IMG/VR virus record: IMGVR_UViG_3300025018_000101
Coordinates: 1 to 64,000 of that record
DNA length: 64,000 nt
From: a virus
Strand: one strand, 5' to 3'
The translations under genes and the position numbers were made by a program. The notes beneath the pieces were generated by a model, which was not told the origin of the DNA, made no database searches, and worked only from the letters and a program-made list of their open reading frames with translations. Below, piece by piece: positions 1 through 9,699 of the stretch (its first letter is position 1; each line of letters begins with the position of its first letter).

Positions 1-225
1 GCAACGGCAACGGCTACGGCTACGGCGACGGCAACGGCAACGGCAACGGCAACGGCTACGGCTACGGCGACGGCAACGGCAACGGCTCCGGCGACGGCAA
101 CGGCTACGGCAACAGCGACGGCAACGGCAACGGCTACGGCGACGGCAACGGCAACGGCGACGGCTACGGCTACGGCTACGGCGACGGCAACGGCAACGGC
201 TCCGGCGACGGCAACGGCAACGGCC
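1..225 (+). repeat. Tandem hexamer repeat NNC-GGC (AAC/TAC/GAC/TCC + GGC)
   Basis: Directly visible; about 37 units. Confidence 0.95.
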
Positions 226-269
226 CGGCCCACTGCCCCTGGCTCATCCACACGGAGGACCCTTCATGA
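3..269 (+). CDS. C-terminal part of a Gly-X (GN/GY/GD/GS) repeat protein, truncated by the window edge
   Basis: Open frame from nt 3 reads NGNGYGYGDGNG...GPAHCPWLIHTEDPS*; its TGA overlaps the ATG of the next gene (ATGA at 266-269). Not in the ORF track. Confidence 0.7.
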   Translation, partial: NGNGYGYGDGNGNGNGNGYGYGDGNGNGSGDGNGYGNSDGNGNGYGDGNGNGDGYGYGYGDGNGNGSGDGNGNGPAHCPWLIHTEDPS

Positions 270-976
270 CGTACCACATCATCGCACTGCTGGACCCCCC
301 GTCCGGGGTCCGCTTCCGCGCCCTCCCCTACCTGCTCGACAAGGGGGACCCCTGGCACTACGTGGTCGGCTACGACCGCATGCTGCAGACCCGCAAGCCT
401 CGCGACCACCTCGCCGAACTCGTCGAGGCGGGCTACGCCAGAGAGTTGAAGGAGCCAGTGGAAGTCCCCGCCGCCTTTGGCGACCGCGTCGGGTGGACGA
501 GCTGGGCGTTCAAGTACGCTGCCCAGGCGGCCGAGGCGCCCGCACTCCACCCGAAGGCCCTCAGGGTGGTGGAACTCGCCGACGGCTACCTCTGGTTCCC
601 GCCCGAGGGTCAAGCCACGCGACAGGTCATCGCCGCGTGGCTTCTCGCCGCGGCCACGGAGGTCGTCCGCCGCGGAAAGTGCGGGGGGGCGCGGGAGCTC
701 GCGCATCTGATGGCGCGCTGTGCGCCGGACTCTGAGCTCACTCGCGCAGCGTGTCACTCCGCCGAGGGTGGGACGGCGGAGCACGACCGCATGTTGGACT
801 GGCACGCTCGGCTGGGCCGCGACCGCGGCCAGGGGGCCGCCTACACTGTCGAGGCGCAGACGCGCCGCTACACTGCCATCATCACCGCCCTTCAGCAGGG
901 CGAGGGCCTCGACGAGGCCGTGTGCCTCCTCCATGCGGAGGCTCGAGGCGACCAGGAGCCCCGCAGGCGTGAGTAG
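266..976 (+). CDS. hypothetical phage protein
   Basis: GGAGG RBS, coupled to upstream stop, GC3-rich codons. Confidence 0.75.
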   Translation: MTYHIIALLDPPSGVRFRALPYLLDKGDPWHYVVGYDRMLQTRKPRDHLAELVEAGYARELKEPVEVPAAFGDRVGWTSWAFKYAAQAAEAPALHPKALRVVELADGYLWFPPEGQATRQVIAAWLLAAATEVVRRGKCGGARELAHLMARCAPDSELTRAACHSAEGGTAEHDRMLDWHARLGRDRGQGAAYTVEAQTRRYTAIITALQQGEGLDEAVCLLHAEARGDQEPRRRE

Positions 977-1174
977 TCGCACCCCCGCGTGACCCTGAGG
1001 GGCCCATAAATCAGGGGGTCTATACCCCCTAAGGCTCCGCCAACGCGGGCTCCATCGGGCGTTGAAGCTCCCGTAGGTCGGGTTTGGGTGTCTGCGCCAA
1101 CGGGGCGCTTCGATTCCGAGTACAAACATTGGGCTCCCTCGACGGTGGGGAGTGCGTGACAAGAGGAGACGAGG

Positions 1175-1699
1175 ATGCACGAATCAGACGAGCGTCGGGT
1201 CGCAGAGGCGGAGGAGAGTGCCGCGCCGACGACCCCAGCAGGAGGACTGCGCGGAGTGCTTGTGGCCGCCAGCGCGCTTCTCGCGGCGGCGCAGGATCGC
1301 CTCACGGAGCTCGAGACGCGGGACCGGGAGCGGGACCAGGTGCTCAAGCGGAGCCAGGACACTATCCGCATCTACAGGGCGAACGCCGAAGAGTACGGCG
1401 ACGGCGTCCGTGAGGCGGAGGCGGAGATCAAAGCGCTCGCCAACAAGGCGGAGGAGACCCGCCTCGACTGGCAACGGGCAATGAGCGCTCTGCACCCTGC
1501 CGTGGAGGCGTACGAGTACGTCAACGGGGGCCTGGTGTGCCGTTGCTGCTCCATGGCGCCCGGGCGGCACTCGGGGCTGTGTCCCTGGCACCACAGGGAG
1601 GTGCTTGACCTCCGACACGCCGACGACCTGCGGGCGGCCAACGCCCGCGTCGCCACCCTGCAGGCGGAACTGGCCCACGCCCGAAAGGGGCCCAGGTGA
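1175..1699 (+). CDS. hypothetical coiled-coil protein with a Cys/His cluster (CRCC...HSGLCPWHH)
   Basis: GAGG RBS; stop overlaps next start (GTGA). Confidence 0.75.
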   Translation: MHESDERRVAEAEESAAPTTPAGGLRGVLVAASALLAAAQDRLTELETRDRERDQVLKRSQDTIRIYRANAEEYGDGVREAEAEIKALANKAEETRLDWQRAMSALHPAVEAYEYVNGGLVCRCCSMAPGRHSGLCPWHHREVLDLRHADDLRAANARVATLQAELAHARKGPR

Positions 1700-2901
1700 A
1701 GCTCAACGTCATTTCGTTCCACAGCGTCGCTGGCGGCTGCGGCCGCACGACCCTGGGCCGCCTGGCGGCCCAGGGTCTCGCGTCTTGTCGGCCGCCATGC
1801 CCGACGGTGTTCATTGACTTCGACCTCCCGGGCGTAGGGCATGCGGGGGGCCTCCTCACTCTCGCGCCATTCTGGCGCAACGACGTGCCCGACGACGAAC
1901 TCATCTTCACCGAGCCGGTCGGCTTCGGCGAGGCCCCTGCGGGCTACAGGAACCGGGACTTCTTCATCGACGACTACCTGCTGCAGACGCGCCCCCACGC
2001 CGTTCGCTCCGACGACGCTCATCCGGCCGCTTTCCTGCGACGGGACGTCGACCCTCAGCGGACGGGGTGGTTCGTCTGCGCGAGTGGCGTCCCTGAGCGC
2101 ATCGAGCGCCTGGAGCTCCTCTTGGACCACGAGGTCGACAGTGGCTTCGTGCAAGGTCGCCTCGAGCTCTTCCTCGACGCTGTCGTCGGGTGGTTCCGCG
2201 GCGAGGGCGCGGAGCAGTTGAACGTCGTCATCGACACGCCACCGCGCCTCTGTCGGTCGTCGATGAGCGTCTCCTCGTTGGCTCTGCGCCTGCCGGCCCA
2301 CGAGCCCATCGTCGAAGGGGAGTTCCTGCCGCCCGAGCTCGACGACGCCGAGATCTCGTGGGAGCTGGTGGTCGTGACGTCCCCGGACGTCCACACCATC
2401 CGGGCGACGGCCCGAGCGCTTTCCAACGTGGAAAGCGCCGCAGGCACAGACGTGAAGCTGCTGATCAACGAGCTCCACCCCGCGGACCTTGCACCGCTGC
2501 TCATGCAGATGGGGGCCGGAGACGCGCTGCCCGACAACGCCGCGGTTCAGACCGCACGTGAGGTGCTGCGCGCCGTCACCAGCCTGAGCATCGCTGGCCC
2601 CGACACGGCCCTCGGTATGCTCAAGGGCATCGGCGTGACCTGCATCCCCCACCTCGACCTGCGCGGCCTCACGCCGAGGCGAGTGCTCAAGGCGCTCGAC
2701 CTGTTGCGGCCGCAAGAGCCCGACGTAGAGGTCTACCGGGCCCAGCGCGCCCACCTGCTCGCCCTGATCGCGCAGCAGGACGCCATCGAGGTTCGAGCAG
2801 ACGAGCTGCGCGACCGCATGGACGGCGTCTGGCGGAGGCTCAGCGCCGAGGACATCGAAGCCCTGGAGGCCGATGGCACCCCCGAGGAGGAGGAGGCCTG
2901 A
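1696..2901 (+). CDS. ParA/MinD-like P-loop protein with a degenerate Walker A
   Basis: ISFHSVAGGCGRTT, FIDFDLPG and VVIDTPP motifs. Confidence 0.7.
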   Translation: MKLNVISFHSVAGGCGRTTLGRLAAQGLASCRPPCPTVFIDFDLPGVGHAGGLLTLAPFWRNDVPDDELIFTEPVGFGEAPAGYRNRDFFIDDYLLQTRPHAVRSDDAHPAAFLRRDVDPQRTGWFVCASGVPERIERLELLLDHEVDSGFVQGRLELFLDAVVGWFRGEGAEQLNVVIDTPPRLCRSSMSVSSLALRLPAHEPIVEGEFLPPELDDAEISWELVVVTSPDVHTIRATARALSNVESAAGTDVKLLINELHPADLAPLLMQMGAGDALPDNAAVQTAREVLRAVTSLSIAGPDTALGMLKGIGVTCIPHLDLRGLTPRRVLKALDLLRPQEPDVEVYRAQRAHLLALIAQQDAIEVRADELRDRMDGVWRRLSAEDIEALEADGTPEEEEA

Positions 2902-2902
2902 C

Positions 2903-3382
2903 ATGGGACGAAAGAAGCTCGGGTACGGCATCCAGGGCGCCATGCACGACCCTGCCGCCTGCGCCAAGCAGGCGTACGCCGAACTGGACGCCCTCGTGGC
3001 CCGAGAGGGGCGCGCGCCCTACGGGTGGGGCGAGGAGCGGCGAGAGGAGCTCCGTCTCCTCCAGGAGCGGGCGGTCAAGGCGCTCGTCCAGCGCTGGATG
3101 GACGCCCAGCCCGGCGGCCGACCGGCCGCCTGGGACATCGTGACGCAGCAGCTCCAGCCGGCGGTCAGGACGTTCTTCGCCACGGTGCGCTGCGATGACG
3201 CCGACGCGCTCTTCGACGGCCTGAGCGTCGACTGGCTCGACGACGACCACAAGGGCGTGACCTGGGACGCCAGGACCCGGGTCAGCGCCGCGTCTACCGC
3301 GACGTTCCTGGGGACCGGCGTCGGCGTCGAGCCAGGAAAGCCCCACCACCGCTTCGAGGTGAGGCGGTCGAGGACGCGCTGA
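2903..3382 (+). CDS. hypothetical protein
   Basis: GGAGG RBS before ATG 2903. Confidence 0.7.
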   Translation: MGRKKLGYGIQGAMHDPAACAKQAYAELDALVAREGRAPYGWGEERREELRLLQERAVKALVQRWMDAQPGGRPAAWDIVTQQLQPAVRTFFATVRCDDADALFDGLSVDWLDDDHKGVTWDARTRVSAASTATFLGTGVGVEPGKPHHRFEVRRSRTR

Positions 3383-3481
3383 GGACCTGCGCGCGCCTCT
3401 TGGAGGATGCGCGCGACAGGTGTAGAGTTGGCTACCCTACGCAGGGAGCCAGCTCAGGCATCGAAGTGACGGGGGCGCTCG

Positions 3482-4336
3482 ATGAGCGACAAGACCGAGA
3501 AGACCGTCCTGGCGTTCGGCGCCGGGGTGCAGTCGACAGCGCTGCTGATGCTGGCGCTGACCCGCGACATCCGGTTCCTGGCGGCTGGATGCGGGCTGCC
3601 CGACCTGGTGGTGTTCGCCGACCCGGGGTCTGAGGGTGCGGCGACCTATGACCACGTGGACGCCATGGAGAGGCGGTGTGTCGAGGCTGGCGTCCCGTTT
3701 CGCAGGGCACGCTTCACGAAGCACGGCCGTGAGATGACGCTGATGGAGGAGATCGCGACCGAACAGCGGTTCTCGACCATCCCGGCCTTCAGCAAGAACC
3801 TCAAGACCGGCACGGTGGGCATGCTCGGCAGGTCGTGCACGCGCGACCACAAGATCCGGCCCATCGCCCGTGCCATCCGGCAGTGGCTTGGCGTACGTGC
3901 CGTCATGGCGCGGACCCACCTCATCCACTTGCAGCTCGGCATCAGCAAGGATGAGGCCGACAGGGCCAAATCCGAGACGCAGATCACGTGGCAAACCCGC
4001 CAGTTCCCTCTGCTCGACCTCAACTGGTCTCGTCGAGACTGCGAGCGCTACCTGCAGGGCATTGGCGTGTGGCCCGTGCCGAAGTCCGCCTGTACGTTCT
4101 GTCCGTACCAGGCTGACTGGCGCTGGCGCCAGAAGTACGCCGCCCGCGGGCACGACTGGCTCGAGGCCGTCCAGATGGACGAGACCCTGCGCGGCCTCAA
4201 CGGCCGCGGCAACATCAGCGGGGGGGTCTACCTCCACCGCTCCGCCATCCCGCTCGCCGAGCTGCCCTTCATGAAGGACGGGGTCGACGGCGACGATGCC
4301 TTCAGCAACGAGTGCGAAGGCTACTGCGGGGTCTAA
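3482..4336 (+). CDS. PAPS-reductase-like / adenine nucleotide alpha-hydrolase (PP-loop) protein
   Basis: VLAFGAGVQST PP-loop, FADPGSE, RSCTRDHKIRPI, GISKDE, PKSACTFCPY and C-terminal ECEGYCGV. Confidence 0.8.
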   Translation: MSDKTEKTVLAFGAGVQSTALLMLALTRDIRFLAAGCGLPDLVVFADPGSEGAATYDHVDAMERRCVEAGVPFRRARFTKHGREMTLMEEIATEQRFSTIPAFSKNLKTGTVGMLGRSCTRDHKIRPIARAIRQWLGVRAVMARTHLIHLQLGISKDEADRAKSETQITWQTRQFPLLDLNWSRRDCERYLQGIGVWPVPKSACTFCPYQADWRWRQKYAARGHDWLEAVQMDETLRGLNGRGNISGGVYLHRSAIPLAELPFMKDGVDGDDAFSNECEGYCGV

Positions 4337-4347
4337 AGGAGGCGCCC

Positions 4348-4812
4348 ATGACGCCAAAGGTTCTGGCCCGGGAGGTCAAATACCTCCCAGGCGACGAGGT
4401 CTGGGTCGACGACGAACGAGTCGGCCCGTTGGACCGCGGGGTCTGCCCTGCCTGCAACGGCACGCAGAAGCTCCGAGGTATGGACGGTGCTGAGTACAAC
4501 TGCACCGCCTACGCTGGCGACCACCAGGCGGGTGCGTTCTGGTCGTGTGAGGACGGCCGGAAGGTCTTTCACAAGAAGAAGACCTCGCAGCCACGCCGTG
4601 CGGTGGTGTTCGCCGTGCATCTTGCCGCCGGGCGCCACTCGTACGGCGTGCGCTACGAACTCGATTTGTTCAGTGGTGACGACGCCTCGGTGCACTTCGA
4701 GATGCGCACCGAGGGCTCCATCTACGACACGCGCGAGGATGCCGCAGGAGTTTGTGCCGCCCGGCAGCGGGAGCTCGACCAGGTGGACAGCCTCATCGAC
4801 CCTGATGTGTGA
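4348..4812 (+). CDS. hypothetical protein with CPACNG zinc-knuckle
   Basis: AAGGAGG RBS; CxxCxG motif. Confidence 0.7.
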   Translation: MTPKVLAREVKYLPGDEVWVDDERVGPLDRGVCPACNGTQKLRGMDGAEYNCTAYAGDHQAGAFWSCEDGRKVFHKKKTSQPRRAVVFAVHLAAGRHSYGVRYELDLFSGDDASVHFEMRTEGSIYDTREDAAGVCAARQRELDQVDSLIDPDV

Positions 4813-4854
4813 GGGGAGGATGGGCTCGAACCTGCGCTACCGCGCGCCCTACCC

Positions 4855-5319
4855 ATGACTGACCCACCGAGGAGGGCTGGCATGCCCATCGACGTCACGG
4901 AGGATGAGACTGCGCGAGCCCATATGAGGGCGCTACTGCCTCGCAACGAGCGCTGCGAGCGCTTGTCGGACGAGGAGTTGGATAAACTGCGGGACGCACT
5001 GGCGCTCGCAATCCGGGCGGTCTGGGCTCGCGGCGCGGGAACCGTCTACTTCGAGCTCCTGCGCCCTGAACTCTTCACGCTCGCTGAGGTCACCGTGTCG
5101 CCAACGAGCGGCTTCCCGCGAGGACGCATCGCGTCGTGGTTCCTCAACACGGACGCCCGTCGCAAGGTCCTCTTGTCATGGGTGCCCGAATGGACGGCGG
5201 CATGGCTCCAGCGACGGCTCGCGTGGCGCTGGGGAGAATCCGCTCTCGAGGGCCGCGACGACCTGAACAACCGCGTCAACTATGACGACCTCTACACGCC
5301 GGTGGACGCCGAGCCTTGA
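4855..5319 (+). CDS. hypothetical protein (start may be ATG 4882)
   Basis: ORF in a co-directional run of genes; GGAGG precedes the second ATG. Confidence 0.65.
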   Translation: MTDPPRRAGMPIDVTEDETARAHMRALLPRNERCERLSDEELDKLRDALALAIRAVWARGAGTVYFELLRPELFTLAEVTVSPTSGFPRGRIASWFLNTDARRKVLLSWVPEWTAAWLQRRLAWRWGESALEGRDDLNNRVNYDDLYTPVDAEP

Positions 5320-5369
5320 AGGACAAGGCTCGGCGTCCCCCGCACCACACACCATGAGGAGAACCGACC

Positions 5370-5540
5370 TTGGCTGACCCCGCCACGCCATCCCCGAAGG
5401 ACCTGCTCGACGCGGCCATCACATCGCTGGCCGCGCTCATCGAGCTCGAGGTCCGAAAGCTCGAACACCTGCGCCAGCACCGCCTCGGGCTGGAGCAACT
5501 GCGCAAGCGCCGCACCCCGCCCGGGAGATACGACCCGTGA
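5370..5540 (+). CDS. small hypothetical protein, 56 aa (MADPATPSPKDLLDAA...)
   Basis: GAGGAG RBS, TTG start, stop overlaps next GTG; below the ORF-track size cut-off. Confidence 0.55.
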   Translation: MADPATPSPKDLLDAAITSLAALIELEVRKLEHLRQHRLGLEQLRKRRTPPGRYDP

Positions 5541-6376
5541 ATGCCGACACGACTCGGATTGAGGAGCTCCTCGAGGCGTTCCTCGAGGAGCTCCTCAAGG
5601 AACTGTCCGAACAACGGTCCAGTAGGCCCGAGGGGCCCACGGACAGTGAGAGGGCGTATATCGCCCGCCTGAACGCCTCCGCCGAGGAGAGCGCGCGGCT
5701 GGCAGGGGCCGCCAGCGAGAGGGCGTGCCTCGTGGACGCCGAGAACGCAGAGCTTCGCGCGCAAGTGGACGTCTTTCGCGCCCAGCGTGATGCGGCCGAG
5801 CGGAGGGCGGGAGCCCTGCTCGAGGAGCTCAACGGGCACATCTACGCCGAGGAGGAGGTGCAGACCCTCCTCGAGGACAAGACGGTCGAACTCAGGAGCG
5901 CCGTGGGCTTCCTCGACCTGGCGCGCCAGGACCTCGAGATCTCCCGGCGCCGCGCGGCCGGCCTGGCCCTGACGCGCGACAAGGCGATCGACGCGCGCGC
6001 CGACGCCCTCGCCGCACGGACCGCCCTCGCTCGCGAGCTCGCCGAGGTTGAGGGCGCGCTCCTGGCCGCCAACAACGAACTGGCGGAGCTACGCGCCTGG
6101 AAGCGAGAGCGCTTGGAGGAGTTGGGCGGGCAGGACACTGTCAAGCGGCTCCTTGAGACTCGCTACTTCAAGATCAAGGAGCTGACCTCCGACCTCTACC
6201 TCTCCCGTGAGCGGGAGCAGGGTCTGTCGGACGAGCTCAAGTCCGCGCGCGCCCGCATCGCGGCGCAGGTCGCGACCATCGTCAAGCTCGGGGCCGCGCT
6301 CGAGCACGACGGGCCTCCGGCCGACGAGGGCGCCGCGACGGCGGTCCCTCCCGGCACGAACAAGGACGAAGGGTGA
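5537..6376 (+). CDS. coiled-coil hypothetical protein
   Basis: Heptad-rich E/L/A/R sequence; coupled starts and stops. Confidence 0.75.
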   Translation: MNADTTRIEELLEAFLEELLKELSEQRSSRPEGPTDSERAYIARLNASAEESARLAGAASERACLVDAENAELRAQVDVFRAQRDAAERRAGALLEELNGHIYAEEEVQTLLEDKTVELRSAVGFLDLARQDLEISRRRAAGLALTRDKAIDARADALAARTALARELAEVEGALLAANNELAELRAWKRERLEELGGQDTVKRLLETRYFKIKELTSDLYLSREREQGLSDELKSARARIAAQVATIVKLGAALEHDGPPADEGAATAVPPGTNKDEG

Positions 6377-7008
6377 TGGAGCGCGCTCCCAACCTCCTCG
6401 ACCTCCTCAGGAGCTGGGTGACCGACGCCAACACGTCCCCCTCGTGCCGGGCTGCCTGCGCCTACGTAATGTACGCCCATGAGGCCTCGGAAGGCCCGAA
6501 CCCTGTGGCCGACGACTACCTCCGGACCCACGCCCTGGCCACGTGGCGTACGTCCTACCCGCTCGACGGCCAGGTCATTGCGGGCGCCATCGACTTCTGC
6601 CTCGTTCCGGACGAGGCGCGCGAGATCTGGACGACTCGCGAGGACACCCCGGATGCCCTACGCGCCATCATCGACGCGTTCCCCGCCGGCCTCGAGAGCG
6701 CCCTGCTCTCTCACGCCGCGTCCGACCTGTCCTGCGCCATGGACTGGGACCGCTTCGACTCCTACCAGTTCACGGACGACATCTACGGGATCCGGGATGC
6801 GTTCGCCTGGGTAGGTGAGAGCCTCTACGACCGCCTCGCGGATGTGGAGTACGCGATCGAGGATACCGGAGCGTCCGTTCGCGGCGGCTTCCTCCAGGCG
6901 TACGCCGACCGCCTGGGGTCCATTCGTCAGGAGCTCTACACGGAGGTCAGTGCGCACCTCGAGGATCTTCGCGCCCTTGGGCTCGAACGACTCGGAGGGT
7001 CCGTATGA
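6373..7008 (+). CDS. hypothetical protein
   Basis: Coupled ORF with typical codon bias. Confidence 0.7.
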   Translation: MMERAPNLLDLLRSWVTDANTSPSCRAACAYVMYAHEASEGPNPVADDYLRTHALATWRTSYPLDGQVIAGAIDFCLVPDEAREIWTTREDTPDALRAIIDAFPAGLESALLSHAASDLSCAMDWDRFDSYQFTDDIYGIRDAFAWVGESLYDRLADVEYAIEDTGASVRGGFLQAYADRLGSIRQELYTEVSAHLEDLRALGLERLGGSV

Positions 7009-7211
7009 GCGTATTCCCCCTGGCAGAGCTCAAGCGCCTGCCCTCGCTTTCAAGAGGTCAGACAGCCGACCTCAAGGTGGACTACGGCCGCACGCGTGTG
7101 TGGCTCGAGCGCGTCGGTACCGCCGATGGCGCGCCCTACGACAACCAGGTGGTTGTCGAGACGTTCGACGGCCATCGCTGGCGCGTCACTCACTCATCTG
7201 AGGCCACATGA
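7005..7211 (+). CDS. small hypothetical protein
   Basis: GGAGG RBS; ATGA overlaps at both ends. Confidence 0.7.
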   Translation: MSVFPLAELKRLPSLSRGQTADLKVDYGRTRVWLERVGTADGAPYDNQVVVETFDGHRWRVTHSSEAT

Positions 7212-7792
7212 ACCCACAGTCCCAGCCCCCCGACGGCTTCGAGTTCTCGGTGAGCGCAGAGCCATCCACCCCGTCCGAAGACCGCGTGGCGGACCTCGAA
7301 GCGCAGGTCGGGGTCCTGACGGCGGAGCTCCTTGTGCGTCGCGAGGAGGTCCTCGAACTGCATCGCCGCCTGCGCACCGGCCCGGGTCCTGCGAGCAACT
7401 CGAGGCTCTCGGCCCTCTACCGCGAGGAGGCGCACCGCCTCTACGACGCGGTCCTGGACAGTCGGGCCGAGGTCGCTCGTCTCGGCGACGTTCTCCGGGC
7501 GCAGGCCAGTCCGGCGTCCGTCGGCGTCTATGCCCAGGCCGACAGCCAGAAGCTCGTCGGGGCCACGGCCCGCGCCGAGCGCGCGGAGAAGGAACTGGCT
7601 GCGCTGCGCGACGTGGTCGCGTTAGCCAACGAGCAGAACGACAAGCTCGCGCGGCGCCTGGCGCTGCGCAGGGCGAAGCTCGACGCGGCAATGACCGCCC
7701 TGCGCGCGGCCGCGGCCCTGATCCCGCCCTACGTCATGCCCGACGGCGCCGAGCAGACGCTCGCGGCCGTCGAAGCGATGGAGGAGGAGTGA
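7208..7792 (+). CDS. coiled-coil hypothetical protein
   Basis: Coupled ORF. Confidence 0.7.
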   Translation: MNPQSQPPDGFEFSVSAEPSTPSEDRVADLEAQVGVLTAELLVRREEVLELHRRLRTGPGPASNSRLSALYREEAHRLYDAVLDSRAEVARLGDVLRAQASPASVGVYAQADSQKLVGATARAERAEKELAALRDVVALANEQNDKLARRLALRRAKLDAAMTALRAAAALIPPYVMPDGAEQTLAAVEAMEEE

Positions 7793-8025
7793 AGGTTGCC
7801 AGCGCACCGTCTTCGGTTATCGGGCCGAAGACGCAGCACCACCTGGGTGCGTGGCGCTACACGCATCCCGACGCGTACGTCCTGCGGCTGATCGCCGCCC
7901 AGCGCAGGCGCATCAAGACGGCTGAGGCGGCCATCAAGAACCATCAGGCGTGGCTGGACGCCAGGGCGCTCGACGTCCCGGGCGTCCAGGTCCTCCACGA
8001 CGACCGCAGGAGAACCCACTCGTGA
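7789..8025 (+). CDS. small hypothetical protein
   Basis: GGAGGAG RBS; GTGA overlaps. Confidence 0.6.
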   Translation: MKVASAPSSVIGPKTQHHLGAWRYTHPDAYVLRLIAAQRRRIKTAEAAIKNHQAWLDARALDVPGVQVLHDDRRRTHS

Positions 8026-8708
8026 ACCTACTGACGCCACGCGGGGTGGAACTCCTGCAGGACGTGCTGGTACTGATCAACGCCTGCCACACACGCTGGG
8101 GGTTCGGCCGCGGTCAGTTCATGGTCCCTTGCACGGACCCCAGTCACGGCCATCGAGAGCAGGGTGACACCGCCTTCACGACCGCCATCGCGCTCGGGAC
8201 TGCGGCTCTCACGCTGCTCGAGGAGGCCCGGGGGCAGCTCATCGCCGAGGGCATGGAGCCCTCTGTGCACGCGGCGAACCTGGAGACTGTCGTCACGCAC
8301 TTGGACGCCCTGCACCAGGAGTACGCGCGTCTGGACAGCGGCCGGGGCGGATACGCCGCCTTGCCGGTGTACGGCGGCGCATTGAAGCGACTTGAGGCGG
8401 CCACCTCCGTGGCGGCCGAGGAGGCTGCCGACCGGAGGGTCTCGGCGGAGAGGGTCGCCGCCCGGGGCGGCGACCTGAAGGACGACTACTGGACTGCGGT
8501 CGTCCTGCTCGGGGCCGCTACGAGCCTGTACCGAGCGACTGGGACGCTCCTGGCCGCGTGGATGAGTGCGTGTTCGCAGGCCGATGCCGCCACCCTGGAG
8601 CGGCTCGAACTGCGGCGAGCCAGCCTGCGGGCTGCCAGTGCAGCCTGCGCCGAGGAGTTCACCATCCGGGAGGCCGCCTGGCAGCGGCTCTCCGCAACCA
8701 CGCACTGA
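8022..8708 (+). CDS. hypothetical protein
   Basis: AGGAG RBS, GTG start overlapping upstream stop. Confidence 0.7.
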   Translation: MNLLTPRGVELLQDVLVLINACHTRWGFGRGQFMVPCTDPSHGHREQGDTAFTTAIALGTAALTLLEEARGQLIAEGMEPSVHAANLETVVTHLDALHQEYARLDSGRGGYAALPVYGGALKRLEAATSVAAEEAADRRVSAERVAARGGDLKDDYWTAVVLLGAATSLYRATGTLLAAWMSACSQADAATLERLELRRASLRAASAACAEEFTIREAAWQRLSATTH

Positions 8709-8715
8709 GGAACAT

Positions 8716-9639
8716 ATGAAGAACGATAGCAACGTCAAGAGCGACCGCCTGGAGGGCGACCGCGTCGTCGCCACCCAGGTTGTCACCGAGAGCGGCGCCG
8801 GCGGCGACGAGAGCGCCGTCGTCCCGCACCCCGAGTACACCCATGCGGTCGGAGGCGACACGGGCATGGTGGTCCACGTCGAGCAGGGAGGGCTCGCGAC
8901 GGTTCGGTTCGACCGCACCGGGACCTCGACGATCGTCCACGACCGCGAGGTGGCGCTCCAGACCGACCCGCAGGTCGAGGCACCCGCGGAGGACAGCGAG
9001 ACCGCGGCCCTCGCCGCGGCCCTGCGGGCTGCGAGTGACATCCACGTCATGGTGGGCAGCGCGGCTACGGCTGCGTCCGTAGCGTCCATGAACGCCGACC
9101 GCGCCGGGGCGGACAACCTCCAGGTGAGCGGGGCGCTCCGCGTGCACGCGCTGGCGTTGGCCGCCGCGGCCGTGCGCCTGGCGAACGACTGCAAGGACAT
9201 CCTCCTGGCGGGCGGCGTAGACCCCGGGGAGCTCGACCGGGGCCTCGCTCATCTCGTGGAGCTCCGTGACCGCCTCGAGACGGCGGCCGCATCCCCCTGG
9301 GACTTCAGCCCTGGCGAGGAGCTGTACGTCGTGGTCGAGGCGCTGCTCATGGAGAGCCGGTCCCGCTGGGGGTCCGTGGCGGCCGCCGTCGGCGGCGAGG
9401 ACAAGCTCCTGACGGCACGCCTGCCCGACCCGCTCCTGCACATCCAGGAGACGGCCATCCTGCTGCACCGAGCCGCGGTGCAGCTCGCCACGATGCACCG
9501 AGACGAGCAGGTCGCCACAGAGGAGGAGGCCGACGCCGGCGTCTACGACGAGGTGCTCGCCGACATGGTCCTCGGCCTTGAGGCCATGGTGTATGTCAAG
9601 GTGACGGCGGCTAACGCGCCGCTCGTCACGCTGCACTGA
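8716..9639 (+). CDS. hypothetical protein
   Basis: GAGGA RBS before ATG 8716. Confidence 0.7.
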   Translation: MKNDSNVKSDRLEGDRVVATQVVTESGAGGDESAVVPHPEYTHAVGGDTGMVVHVEQGGLATVRFDRTGTSTIVHDREVALQTDPQVEAPAEDSETAALAAALRAASDIHVMVGSAATAASVASMNADRAGADNLQVSGALRVHALALAAAAVRLANDCKDILLAGGVDPGELDRGLAHLVELRDRLETAAASPWDFSPGEELYVVVEALLMESRSRWGSVAAAVGGEDKLLTARLPDPLLHIQETAILLHRAAVQLATMHRDEQVATEEEADAGVYDEVLADMVLGLEAMVYVKVTAANAPLVTLH

Positions 9640-9699
9640 GGTACCGCCTTGCGCCCACCCCGAAGAGCGGTGGCCCGAACCGACACCCGAGGATGACCG

